Origin: Alphaproteobacteria bacterium
GTDB taxonomy: Bacteria > Pseudomonadota > Alphaproteobacteria > Bin65
Direction of reading: 5' to 3'
DNA length: 64,000 nucleotides
Assembly: GCA_965221645.1 (NCBI GenBank)
Contig: OZ244899.1
Span: forward strand, 2,581,458-2,645,457
The translations under genes and the position numbers were made by a program. Shown one piece after another: positions 42,873-51,939 of this stretch. Below the pieces are notes generated by a model. The model was not told the origin of the DNA. It ran no database searches and saw only the letters and a program-made list of their open reading frames with translations. Numbering within the stretch: position 1 is the stretch's first letter; each line of letters opens with the position of its first letter.

Positions 42873-43949
42873 ATGGAATTCGGCTACTTCACGCTGAGCG
42901 ACAATCATTATCCGAACAATCCGCGGACGCCGAACGATTTTGTCCTGGATATCCGCGAACAGACGATTCTGGCCGACAGGCTGGGTTACCATTCGGCCTG
43001 GATCGGCGAACACCATTTTGATTCCCTTGGCGTCAATTCCCGGCCGGACCTGTTGCTGGCAAGTGTCATCTCCGAAACCGCTCACATCCGCCTCGCGCCT
43101 GCAGTGGCGGTGTTGCCGCTGCACCATCCGGTTCACGTGGCCGAAACCTGGGCGACACTGGATCTGCTGTCCGGAGGGCGAGTCGATTTCGCGGCCGGAC
43201 GTGGTTACGACCGGCGGGAATACGCCCCCTTTGGTTCGGACTTCATGAAATCGGCTGAATATTTCGAAGATTCCATCGAGATCATCTTGAAGGCCTGGGG
43301 CGAGGGTCCGTGGAGCCACGAGAGCGAGTTTCACAGCATTCCCGAGATGGAGATCACGCCCAAGCCGGTGCAGAAGCCAATTCCGTTCTACACGGCGTCT
43401 TTCTCCACCACCTCCCTCGAGATCGCCGCCCGCCACGGCACGAACGTGATCTGGGCCCCGTTTGCCGCCGGCATGGTCTATGGCGGGCTGGACAAGGCGG
43501 TGGAAGCCTATCACGCGGCCTGCGACAGGGAAGGCACTGATCCCGGCCGCAAGATGTGCAGCTATTTCATCTATGTCGACGAAGACGATACCTACGGTCG
43601 GCAGACCCAGATGGACTATTTCAGGCATTGCGCCCTGCCGGCCTTCACCGGCGATCCGGCAAAGCTGCCGCCCACCATGCAATACTTCGTCAAGATCATC
43701 GAGATCCTGGAAGACATGCAGGCGCAGGACCTGTCCGACAAATCCATCCTGCTCGGATCGCCGCAGAAGGTGATCGATACCCTGAAGAAAATCGAGGAAA
43801 CCGGCATGGACGAGGTGATTCTCTACTTCAACGTCGGCAACAAGGACAAGAAGATCGTCGAGGAGCAGATGCACCTCTTCATGAATGAAATCGCTCCCCA
43901 TTTCGATGGCGAGCACAACGCTCGGCGGGCACACTTGCAGGCGGCATGA
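42873..43949 (+). CDS. LLM-class flavin-dependent oxidoreductase
   Basis: GYHSAWIGEHHF, PLHHPVHVAE, GGRVDFAAGRG. Confidence 0.92.
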   Translation: MEFGYFTLSDNHYPNNPRTPNDFVLDIREQTILADRLGYHSAWIGEHHFDSLGVNSRPDLLLASVISETAHIRLAPAVAVLPLHHPVHVAETWATLDLLSGGRVDFAAGRGYDRREYAPFGSDFMKSAEYFEDSIEIILKAWGEGPWSHESEFHSIPEMEITPKPVQKPIPFYTASFSTTSLEIAARHGTNVIWAPFAAGMVYGGLDKAVEAYHAACDREGTDPGRKMCSYFIYVDEDDTYGRQTQMDYFRHCALPAFTGDPAKLPPTMQYFVKIIEILEDMQAQDLSDKSILLGSPQKVIDTLKKIEETGMDEVILYFNVGNKDKKIVEEQMHLFMNEIAPHFDGEHNARRAHLQAA

Positions 43950-44390
43950 GGCGGCGCCGGACGGCGACTGAGACCGGAGACGGCGGTCTGCATGACGAAC
44001 GTGGCTGATGTATTGCGCTGCAGCGACGGCAGATCCTGCTTCAGCAAGACCGACCCCCCGCTTGCGGATGGAATTCCCGGTCATCAGGCCGGCCCGAGCA
44101 GCAATTGCACGCGTCACCGCCGGCCCGCGATGGTTGCCTGGATCTGGTCTTGCGAGAATTCTTGCGATGCGTCAAGGGCCGCGCAAGTCCTTCATGCCTG
44201 ATCGCCCGATCAACTGGAGAAATTGCCGTGCGCCAGGGATATCCCGCCGGGAGACCTGCTCGCGGGCGCGACTCTTGTCTTGTCTCCTGCGCCGATGCCC
44301 GTGCTTGCCGAATTGCCGGTCTCACGGTCAACTGCGGCAGCCGACCGGGCAGGGCAGGCGGCTGTACCGTCGCTTGCGGGTTGGAAGCCG

Positions 44391-44873
44391 ATGACAAGCA
44401 AGGGTACGAATTTTGATCTGACGGCCTACCTGCCTTTCCTCGTCAATCGTACCGGCGTACGGCTTGCCTCAGCATTCTCGCAAGCGATCAGGCATCATGG
44501 CATCAGCCTGCAGATGTGGCGAGTCCTGGCCGCACTGCATCATCAGGACGATCTTCGGATCAGCTACCTGTCCAGCCTGACATCCATTGATATCTCTACC
44601 CTGTCTCGATTGATCGGCAAGTTGGAGGAGTTGGACCTTGCAGTGCGTCGCCGGAACAACGACGAGGACGCAAGGGTGGTTGCCGTCGAACGGACCGCCA
44701 GAGGTCGCGCCATGACAGAGGCCATCATTCCGTTAGCACAACATTATGAGGCTGTGGCGCTGGCTGGGTTCAGCCGACAAGAGGCCGGCGCGCTCAAGAC
44801 GATGCTGGCGCGCGTCCACGCCAATCTTGATCGAACCCGGCTCAAGGCGACTGATTCGGGGACGGCTGCCTAG
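44391..44873 (+). CDS. MarR family regulator
   Basis: YLPFLVNR, WRVLAAL, STLSRLI, EDAR; its TAG stop is the CTAG at the IS630 end. Confidence 0.88.
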   Translation: MTSKGTNFDLTAYLPFLVNRTGVRLASAFSQAIRHHGISLQMWRVLAALHHQDDLRISYLSSLTSIDISTLSRLIGKLEELDLAVRRRNNDEDARVVAVERTARGRAMTEAIIPLAQHYEAVALAGFSRQEAGALKTMLARVHANLDRTRLKATDSGTAA

Positions 44874-45682
44874 TGGTTTGATTCATGCATCCGGTGCCAT
44901 TTCCTGAAGTCTCCGGTGTCCTCCCTTGCACGCCTCGACGAGGTCCTCCGGCTTCCGGCTCCATCGGAACGGACGGGCGTGGTGGGCATCGTGGTGCGCG
45001 ATGCAGCCCTCGATCGCCGTGATGCATTCGTCGAGCGAGTCGAAGACCGCATCCTTCGGCCTCTGCCTCGACAGCCTCGGGAAGAACCCCTCGACGGCGT
45101 CCGTCCGGGACGCCGGGGTCGGGGTGAAGCGGAACGTCCGGTCGGGGCGGCCCTTCTGCCACGTGCGGACCTCGGCCGACCCGTGCGACGAGACGTTGTC
45201 GAGGATGACGTGCACCGGGTTTCCGGGTGCGATCCCCTCGGCGACAGGGTCGGGGAAGGCGAGGAACTCCTGCGAGCGATGCCGGTCGACCCGACCTTGC
45301 CGGTGGCGACGTCGAGGGCCGCGAGCAGGCAGGTCGTGCCGTGCCGCCTGCAGTCGTGCGTCCGCGTCCAGGCATGGCCCGGCTTCACGGGCAGGGGCCT
45401 CTTGCGTCCGCCAGAGCGCCTGTATCTGCGGCTTCTCGTCTACCGAAAGGACGACGGCATGGTCGGGCGGGTCGATGCAGAGGCCGACGACGTCGCGAGA
45501 TGCCCTGAAGGTCCTGACCCGGTGCGGCCCGAGGCCGTTCTCCTTCAGGATGCCGCGGAGACCATCCCCGGCTTCCCCGCCGGCGCCCGCACCGTCCGGT
45601 GTCGGGCATGCGGCGGGGGTGACGCTAGGAGAATGCCATGATCCATACAAGAAGAGAATATTTTGTTTCTGACAGAACACTA
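44871..45682 (-). mobile_element. Degenerate IS630-family element
   Basis: CTAG at both ends (44870-44873, 45680-45683), both ends begin TAGTG; frameshifted transposase pieces VLSVDEKPQIQAL, HVILDNVSSH, HFTPT-like RFTPT, RPFRWS, ending ESNH*. Confidence 0.85.
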
Positions 45683-45737
45683 GGGATATTCAGCTAGCGG
45701 GATTGGAAAATGGCAAGATTCGGCGCGTCCACGCAGT

Positions 45738-46268
45738 CTATTCCAACAAGTCGCCGAAGCTGTCGAGATTGAGGCGAAAGCGATGCTGATCAGACCATTC
45801 ATGCTTCATGCGATCGGCCTCCTCAACGTCAAGCAGATCTTGGCGGATCATCCATACGACCAGATCCTGCGTTGTCACGATGTGGAGCGACGGCGCGAAA
45901 CGACTTGCCAGCCGCTTGGCGACACGGTCATCAATGGCCAACGTGTATCTACGCTGGACTGCGACGGCGATCGCGGAACACTCACCTGCGCCGAGGCGTC
46001 CGGTGGCTGATAGGGAGGCGAAGAGGCGGAGTTCGTCAGCGGCGGCAACGGGAATGAGGGTCAGGGCCCCGGAATCGAGGGCGGAAACGAAGCGTCGCTG
46101 TTGATCGGGATATCGATCCGATACTTCGTTGGCAACATGGTCGGTGGCGAGGAAAGCATGGGAATGGCCGGCGATCAGATCGATCCTGTCGATGCGCAGA
46201 AAGTTGATCAGGACCGAGGCGTCGGTGACGATGATCCCCGACCGATCAAGTTCGGAGGAATCGCTCAA
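45738..46268 (-). CDS. PIN-like domain protein
   Basis: IVTDASVLINF, LGAGECSAIAVA, LAIDDR; overlaps upstream stop by 4 nt. Confidence 0.8.
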   Translation of the reverse strand: MSDSSELDRSGIIVTDASVLINFLRIDRIDLIAGHSHAFLATDHVANEVSDRYPDQQRRFVSALDSGALTLIPVAAADELRLFASLSATGRLGAGECSAIAVAVQRRYTLAIDDRVAKRLASRFAPSLHIVTTQDLVVWMIRQDLLDVEEADRMKHEWSDQHRFRLNLDSFGDLLE

Positions 46269-47497
46269 TTGCCCCGAGCCACTTCGGCAAGACTGAGTAG
46301 GCTGTCGCCGTCGATCCTCAGTATCTTGCCCATTTCGAGGACGCGTCCGCGCGAAATCTCCTCACGACGGTAAGCCTCGATGGCGAGATGGGCAATTTCA
46401 CTTCGGAGTTCGCGATCCCAGTATCTCTTCCTTTCCGGCTCCCCGACCTCGCTGTACATACAGAGAGCCTTCAGGTATTTGCGGCCGAAGTCTTCTTGAT
46501 CCAGGAGGCTCCGACATTCCCTGTTGGAGATATATCGGAGGCTCTTGAGACGGTAGGACGCGGCCTGATAGCTCACTCCGAAGTGGTGGGCGAGCATGGC
46601 GTTGTCCTTGTAGGTAATGCGTTGTGAACGTGCCGGAGGGCGCTGCGCCGCCTCGATGTGCCCCCCGCTCGCGGCGTCGAAGATGGCGTGATCAAGGCGG
46701 CTTGGCAGGCCCTTGTCGAGGGTTCTCAGGAAATCACGAAAGCCGCCCCTGGGCATCAGAAAGGCAGCGGCAAAGGCGTTCGCGCGCTTTTCGATCAGTT
46801 GGGAAGAGTTGTCGGTGCTGGAGATCGTTATGTCTCGATTCCGGTCGAGCAGAGCGTGCGCGTATTCATGCGCGTAGGAAAAGCGCTTTCGGCCTCTGGG
46901 ATGGGTCGAGTTGACAAAAACCGCAAGGCCGATACTGACATGACGGAGAAACAGGCCGGACATTCCATCCGGCAACGCAACCCCGGATGCCCAAATGCCC
47001 TGGGATGCGATGAGTTCGGAGACATCGGCTATGGGGGCGTTCCCCATGCCGAGGCGTCGCCGCTCTTGTTCCGCGGCCTGCTCGCCGTGGGAGATAGCTT
47101 CGCCTGGAGAACGTGGCATACGCGAATCGTATCTCGGCGGGCCGGAGCGGGGCTCAGCGCCGAGGAGACGTTCGAGGATGACGCCTTCCCGGCAAAGATG
47201 GACGCAGCGTGCCACCTGCTCCTGGGTGGCCGGATCCTGCTCAAGGCCGGGAGCCGCGCGATGCAAGGCAACGAGAACGTCGTCGTCTTCCGCTGGGTCC
47301 TGCAGGAAATCGGCGATGCGGCGCTGGTAGAGCTCCGATAGTGCGGTCAGTTCCAGCGTCGAGACCGACCGGTTGCCCGCTTCCAGTTGGGTGATGGCCG
47401 TTCGAGCAAGGCCCAATGCCTGGGCGGCATCCTGCTGACTGAGGCCGCGCGTTACGCGGGCCGTGCGCAATCGGCGTCCCAAGGTCTCCGCATCCAT
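46265..47497 (-). CDS. XRE-HTH fused to ImmA/IrrE-family metallopeptidase
   Basis: LGRRLRTARVTRGLSQQDAAQALGLARTAITQLEAG; RFSYAHEYAH (HExxH), EKRANAFAAAFLMP, HFGVSYQA; GAGG before MDAET. Confidence 0.92.
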   Translation of the reverse strand: MDAETLGRRLRTARVTRGLSQQDAAQALGLARTAITQLEAGNRSVSTLELTALSELYQRRIADFLQDPAEDDDVLVALHRAAPGLEQDPATQEQVARCVHLCREGVILERLLGAEPRSGPPRYDSRMPRSPGEAISHGEQAAEQERRRLGMGNAPIADVSELIASQGIWASGVALPDGMSGLFLRHVSIGLAVFVNSTHPRGRKRFSYAHEYAHALLDRNRDITISSTDNSSQLIEKRANAFAAAFLMPRGGFRDFLRTLDKGLPSRLDHAIFDAASGGHIEAAQRPPARSQRITYKDNAMLAHHFGVSYQAASYRLKSLRYISNRECRSLLDQEDFGRKYLKALCMYSEVGEPERKRYWDRELRSEIAHLAIEAYRREEISRGRVLEMGKILRIDGDSLLSLAEVARGN

Positions 47498-47569
47498 GGT
47501 TCGTTCCTCCCTCAGCAGAAACCGCGACAAGCGGCGTGAGAACGTAACTCTGCTATATCGAACGCCAAA

Positions 47570-47612
47570 TGTCAAAATAAAACATTGACAGATCGATGAT
47601 CGTACATATGAT
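47570..47612 (+). promoter_or_regulatory. Sigma70-type promoter of CBASS operon with palindromic TGTCAA-N9-TTGACA
   Basis: TTGACA (47585-47590)-N16-TATGAT (47607-47612); inverse copy TGTCAA at 47570-47575. Confidence 0.7.
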
Positions 47613-47687
47613 TAGCGCGATATGGCCTTAGAGTGCATACGGCGCGGCTCGGGTGCGGATGTCTCAAGCGGGACGCAGACAACGACG

Positions 47688-48812
47688 ATGAGCGAAGCCC
47701 CTCCACCCCCTCTCAGGGCTCTGAGCCTGAACGGCGGCGGTATGCGCGGCATCTACACAGCGGCCTTTCTGGACCATCTGCTGTCGCAGCACGCCAAACG
47801 CACCGGCTAGGGGCGGCTGGACCTGGGCCGCGGAATCGACCTGATTTGCGGGACAAGCACGGGTGCGATCGTTGCTTGTGCCGTGGCGGTCGGTTGTCCG
47901 CTTGATCGCGTGGTGGATCTCTATCGGCAACACGGGGCGGCGATATTTCCTCATCGCATCACCGGGTACCGGAGCATTGCATACCGCGCCTTCAGTGGAC
48001 GGCGGTTCGTACGGGCGGGAGACCAAGCCCTTCGATCCGCTTTGACCGAGGTGTTGGGCGAAATCACGGTGGCTGATGTATTCGACAAGCGTGGCATTTC
48101 CCTATCGGTGCCCGCGGTCGACATGTCGACGCATCGGTCCTGGGTCTTCAAGCGGACGCCGGTCAGCGGTGTGCGCGACGACGATTTCTCGCTGGTTGAT
48201 GTGTGCATGGCTTCGAGCGCCGCACCGATCTTTCGATCGTTGGCGGACGTTGGCGACCCGAACAGCGATCGAGGCGCCCGCAAGGTCTTCGCGGATGGAG
48301 GTCTGTGGGCAAACAACCCCGTGCTGGTGGCCCTGACTGACGCAATGGCGATGGCTGAAGAGGATCAGCCGATTGAAATATTCTCGTTGGGGACATGCCC
48401 CCGGCCCGTAGGTGAACACATTCGAGGCGATGACGTTCACAGGTCGCTCCTCGGGTGGAGGTTCGGCGCCGATATGGGTCCCCTTTCGATCTCGGCACAG
48501 GAGTTCGCGTACGACAATATCGCGCGGCTCTTGGGAAACGAGCTTTCCAAACAGGGGAGAAGCGTGCGGGCGATCAGGTTTCCCCGGAAGAATGTGCCGG
48601 CAAGCATGATGCCGTTCCTGGCGCTCGACGATACGCGGGAGGAGGCAATGGACCGCCTGGTTGAACAGGCAGGCTCGGATGCCGATTTGACGAAGAGCGC
48701 CTGTGACGATCCGGAATGCCGGGATGGCGGAACGATCAGGTCGCTTCTTGAAAGCCTTACGCCAGCTGACCCCGGCCGGCTTTTGTACAACCAGGGCGTA
48801 CAAGATGGATAG
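47688..48812 (+). pseudogene. capV: Patatin-like phospholipase (CapV-like CBASS effector) interrupted by in-frame TAG at 47808-47810
   Basis: One frame reads SLNGGGMRG...KRTG*GRLDLG...GTSTG...ADGGLWANNP; directly upstream of the CD-NTase. Confidence 0.85.
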
Positions 48813-48827
48813 CACACCAAGTGAACC

Positions 48828-49892
48828 TTGAACTGGAGAGAACAGATGATTGATTGCGGTGCGGACGTGAAGGCGTTTCATGACGAGAAGGTCACGTTGC
48901 CTGGTTCCGAACAGGACAGGATGAGAGAACGAAGAAACTCGAATCGCGACAGATTGAAGAGGAACCTCGAAAAGGACGAGAAGCCTGCGCCGTACGAGCA
49001 TGTGTCCCAAGGAAACTACCAAATGAAGACGACGCTTCGGGACGAGAACAACGACTACGACATTGATGATGGGGCATATTTCAAGAAGGGCATTCTCGTA
49101 GGAGATCGTGGTGCGGAAATGTCGTCGCTTGACACGCGCAAAATGGTCCGAGACGCGATGGATGACGGGAGCTTCAAGACGCCACCGGAGGTCAAGGCGA
49201 ACTGCGTCCGCATCCACTATTCCACAGGGTTCCATGTGGACATTCCAGTCTACCGCCAAATCGTCAATGAGGATACTGACGAAACGTATTATGAACTCGC
49301 GGCCAGTTCCGGATGGAAGCGTTCGGATGCGAGAGATGTGACCAAGTGGTACGAAGAGACGCGCAACGGAACTACGGATGCCGACCAACTCCGGCGCCTG
49401 AATCGGTATCTCAAGAAGCATGCGAGAAGCCGAACGAGCTGGAAGTCCCGCAATCTCAGTGAATTCTCGATCACGGTACTGCTCGGCGAGACTTGCGTTC
49501 TCAGCCCGGATCGGGATGACATAGCCCTGTATCGCACGATGGAGGCGATGAAGAGGCGTCTGGACGGCAATACCGTAATCGACCATCCGGTTACGCCAAA
49601 TGAAACCGTCACGACGGACGACCCTGACGCAAAGGCATGTTTTTTAAGGGAAAAGTTGAAGGAAGCGCTGGACCACCTCGCGCCGGTATACGCGGACGAT
49701 TGCAACAGGGAATCGGCGCTGAAATGCTGGGACAAGGTGTTCGATACAACCTTCTTTTCCGAACAATGCGAAGACGAGAAGGCGAAAAGTGCATCGCTTT
49801 CTGCCCCGGCAATCGGTTCGGCTGCGATACTCGGGTCGACGGTCGCATCTGCCTCTTCGGTGAGTGCGAGGGGCGGCGGACGGCATGCGTGA
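48828..49892 (+). CDS. cGAS/DncV-like nucleotidyltransferase (CD-NTase)
   Basis: SQGNYQMKT..DYDIDDGAYF, FHVDIPVY, WKRSD, C-terminal tail GGGRHA; true start may be MIDC at 48846. Confidence 0.9.
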   Translation: MNWREQMIDCGADVKAFHDEKVTLPGSEQDRMRERRNSNRDRLKRNLEKDEKPAPYEHVSQGNYQMKTTLRDENNDYDIDDGAYFKKGILVGDRGAEMSSLDTRKMVRDAMDDGSFKTPPEVKANCVRIHYSTGFHVDIPVYRQIVNEDTDETYYELAASSGWKRSDARDVTKWYEETRNGTTDADQLRRLNRYLKKHARSRTSWKSRNLSEFSITVLLGETCVLSPDRDDIALYRTMEAMKRRLDGNTVIDHPVTPNETVTTDDPDAKACFLREKLKEALDHLAPVYADDCNRESALKCWDKVFDTTFFSEQCEDEKAKSASLSAPAIGSAAILGSTVASASSVSARGGGRHA

Positions 49893-51738
49893 TGCGACAT
49901 TCCCTGTCGAGGGAATGGTGGAACACGAGCGTGCGATACTCGAGGTAACGCAACGTCTTCGGGAGCATACGGAAGGCACGGCGATCCGCATTGATAACGG
50001 GGCGATCGCAACGATCTATCGGACAAGGAATTTCGCCGATGGATGGCGGATCCCGGTTGCGTTCTCCGACGGCAAGACGCGGAACATCGACCTGCTCGTC
50101 TCGCTCTTTTTTCCGCGCTGCGCGCCCCGGGCGGCTCTCGTCGACCGTCCGGAGTACCTGATCTGGCCGCATATCGAGCGCGACGGCGTTCTGTGTCTTC
50201 TCCCCAATTCCAGCGAGATCGATCCGACGACGCCGGGTGAGGTGGCGCTCGCGATCCTGAACCGGGCCGTTCGACTGGTGGAAGAACTCATCGAGAGTTC
50301 GATTGTCGAGCGCGACTTCAAGCAGGAGTTTCTCACCTACTGGTTCTACGCGCGTCAAGAGGCCGGCAAGAACGTAGTAATTCTGTGCGAACCGGTGGGT
50401 CCGTCCCGAGTGCTCAAGCGCTTCACGTGGGAGGGGAAGGTTTACGTTGGCGAGAATGTGCCATCGCTTCGGCAGTGGACGGACCGGAGGTTTGGAGCGC
50501 GAGCGGCGGCAAAGGCTGCGAAGACCGCGAAGCCGGCGGCGTTCATTTGGTTGCAGGAGCCGCCCCTACCGAACGAGTATCCCGAGCACGGATCCGACAT
50601 CCTGGCGCTGGTGTCCGGGCGGGGCGAAGATGCGGTCGAAATCCTCGCCGAAGCGGCCTCAGCTGGTGATGACGAGTGTCTGGTGCTTCTCGGGGCGGAT
50701 GGGCGTGGCGGCGCGGGTGTGGTCGCGGTCCGCATTGACCGCAACCGTAGTCAGAGGACGGGAAACCCGCGAGCCAGGGACAAGATACACCGCGGCTTTC
50801 GCGCCGGCCACCTTCCGCCGGCAGTCGCCATGGAACCGACCTATGGGCGTAACGAGATCCGACGTGCTGAGGTCGAAAGGGCTGATGCGGCGTGGGTACA
50901 TGGGAGAGGACAAGAGGCTCGTAGTCGTATCCTGCTCGAAAAGTCTGTCACGGTCTTCGGCTGCGGCTCGGTCGGGTCGTTCGTGGCCCAAAGTCTGGCG
51001 CGAGCGGGTGTCGGAAGGCTGTGCCTAGTAGATTTCGATAAATTGAGCTGGGCGAACGTGGGGCGCCATGCGCTTGGCGCAGATTCTGTTGGGCATAAGA
51101 AAGCAGAGGCGCTGGCGGAGAGATTGCAGCGTGAGTTTCCGCATCTTCAGTTTGAAGGGCAGAACTCGACGATCGAAGCCGTTCTGTTTGCCGACAGAGC
51201 GCGGCTGCTCTGCAGCGACCTGATTGTGTGCTTGACGGGGAATTGGGTAGCCGAGTCTGGGTTGGACGACTGGCACGTGAAATCTGGTCTCGACAATGCG
51301 ATTCTGTACGGTTGGACGGAGGATCATGCCGTTGCCGGGTCAGCGGTCGTAATCGCGCCCAAGGGTAGGTGCCTCGCGTGCGGAATAGATCGCACAGGGA
51401 CGCCGCTGTTGACTGCGGTGGATTGGCCGGATGGACGCGAGGCGCGTACGGAGCCTTCCTGCGCGGATCATTACCAGCCGTATGGCGCGATCGAACTGTC
51501 CTATATCACCACGATGATTGCGAACACGGTGATCGACGAGCTGCTCAACGCGTCGGAGACGTCCTACCGAAGAATTTGGGTTTCTGGAAGGCAGGCCGAA
51601 TATGGGGGAACGATCGGCAAGACGTTTATGGAGGCTCTCGGCGGTAGAGAAATGGAGAACGGGATCGTGACTCTCGCCTGGGGGAACCAGGCATGTGCGT
51701 CATGCAAGGAGCGCGGAAGAAAGACAACACACGAATGA
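49885..51738 (+). CDS. cap2: CBASS Cap2 (E2-like + E1/ThiF-like)
   Basis: WPHIERDGVLCL (E2 Cys); GCGSVGS, VDFDKL..NVGRH, CLAC, EPSCADHYQPYG, C-terminal CASC. Confidence 0.88.
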   Translation: MRDATFPVEGMVEHERAILEVTQRLREHTEGTAIRIDNGAIATIYRTRNFADGWRIPVAFSDGKTRNIDLLVSLFFPRCAPRAALVDRPEYLIWPHIERDGVLCLLPNSSEIDPTTPGEVALAILNRAVRLVEELIESSIVERDFKQEFLTYWFYARQEAGKNVVILCEPVGPSRVLKRFTWEGKVYVGENVPSLRQWTDRRFGARAAAKAAKTAKPAAFIWLQEPPLPNEYPEHGSDILALVSGRGEDAVEILAEAASAGDDECLVLLGADGRGGAGVVAVRIDRNRSQRTGNPRARDKIHRGFRAGHLPPAVAMEPTYGRNEIRRAEVERADAAWVHGRGQEARSRILLEKSVTVFGCGSVGSFVAQSLARAGVGRLCLVDFDKLSWANVGRHALGADSVGHKKAEALAERLQREFPHLQFEGQNSTIEAVLFADRARLLCSDLIVCLTGNWVAESGLDDWHVKSGLDNAILYGWTEDHAVAGSAVVIAPKGRCLACGIDRTGTPLLTAVDWPDGREARTEPSCADHYQPYGAIELSYITTMIANTVIDELLNASETSYRRIWVSGRQAEYGGTIGKTFMEALGGREMENGIVTLAWGNQACASCKERGRKTTHE

Positions 51739-51834
51739 ACTGCGCCTTGTCGACAGGGCAAGCTTGCGGGAATGTGTGCTCGTCCATCTGACTTGCACTT
51801 GTCGAATCGAGGAAGGCAATGGCCATTGAAGGGC

Positions 51835-51939
51835 TCAATACTCGCCTTTCTCAAACAGCGCGCGAATCTCGCCTTCGCACGCCGCGAAAGACTCTCGGCC
51901 CACGTCGAAAATTGCTTTCAGTTTTTCTACATCGCTTTC
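51835..51939 (-). pseudogene. Orphan C-terminal fragment cut by IS630
   Basis: Open frame ESDVEKLKAIFDVGRESFAACEGEIRALFEKGEY* begins exactly at the IS end; family unknown. Confidence 0.35.

Noticed and set aside
47808-47810. Pyrrolysine read-through of the capV amber codon
   Set aside because: No pyl genes in the window and the position is not catalytic; a nonsense mutation is simpler.
51735-51791. cap3 starting at the ATG overlapping the cap2 stop
   Set aside because: Frame closes after 18 codons and no frame shows a JAB motif.
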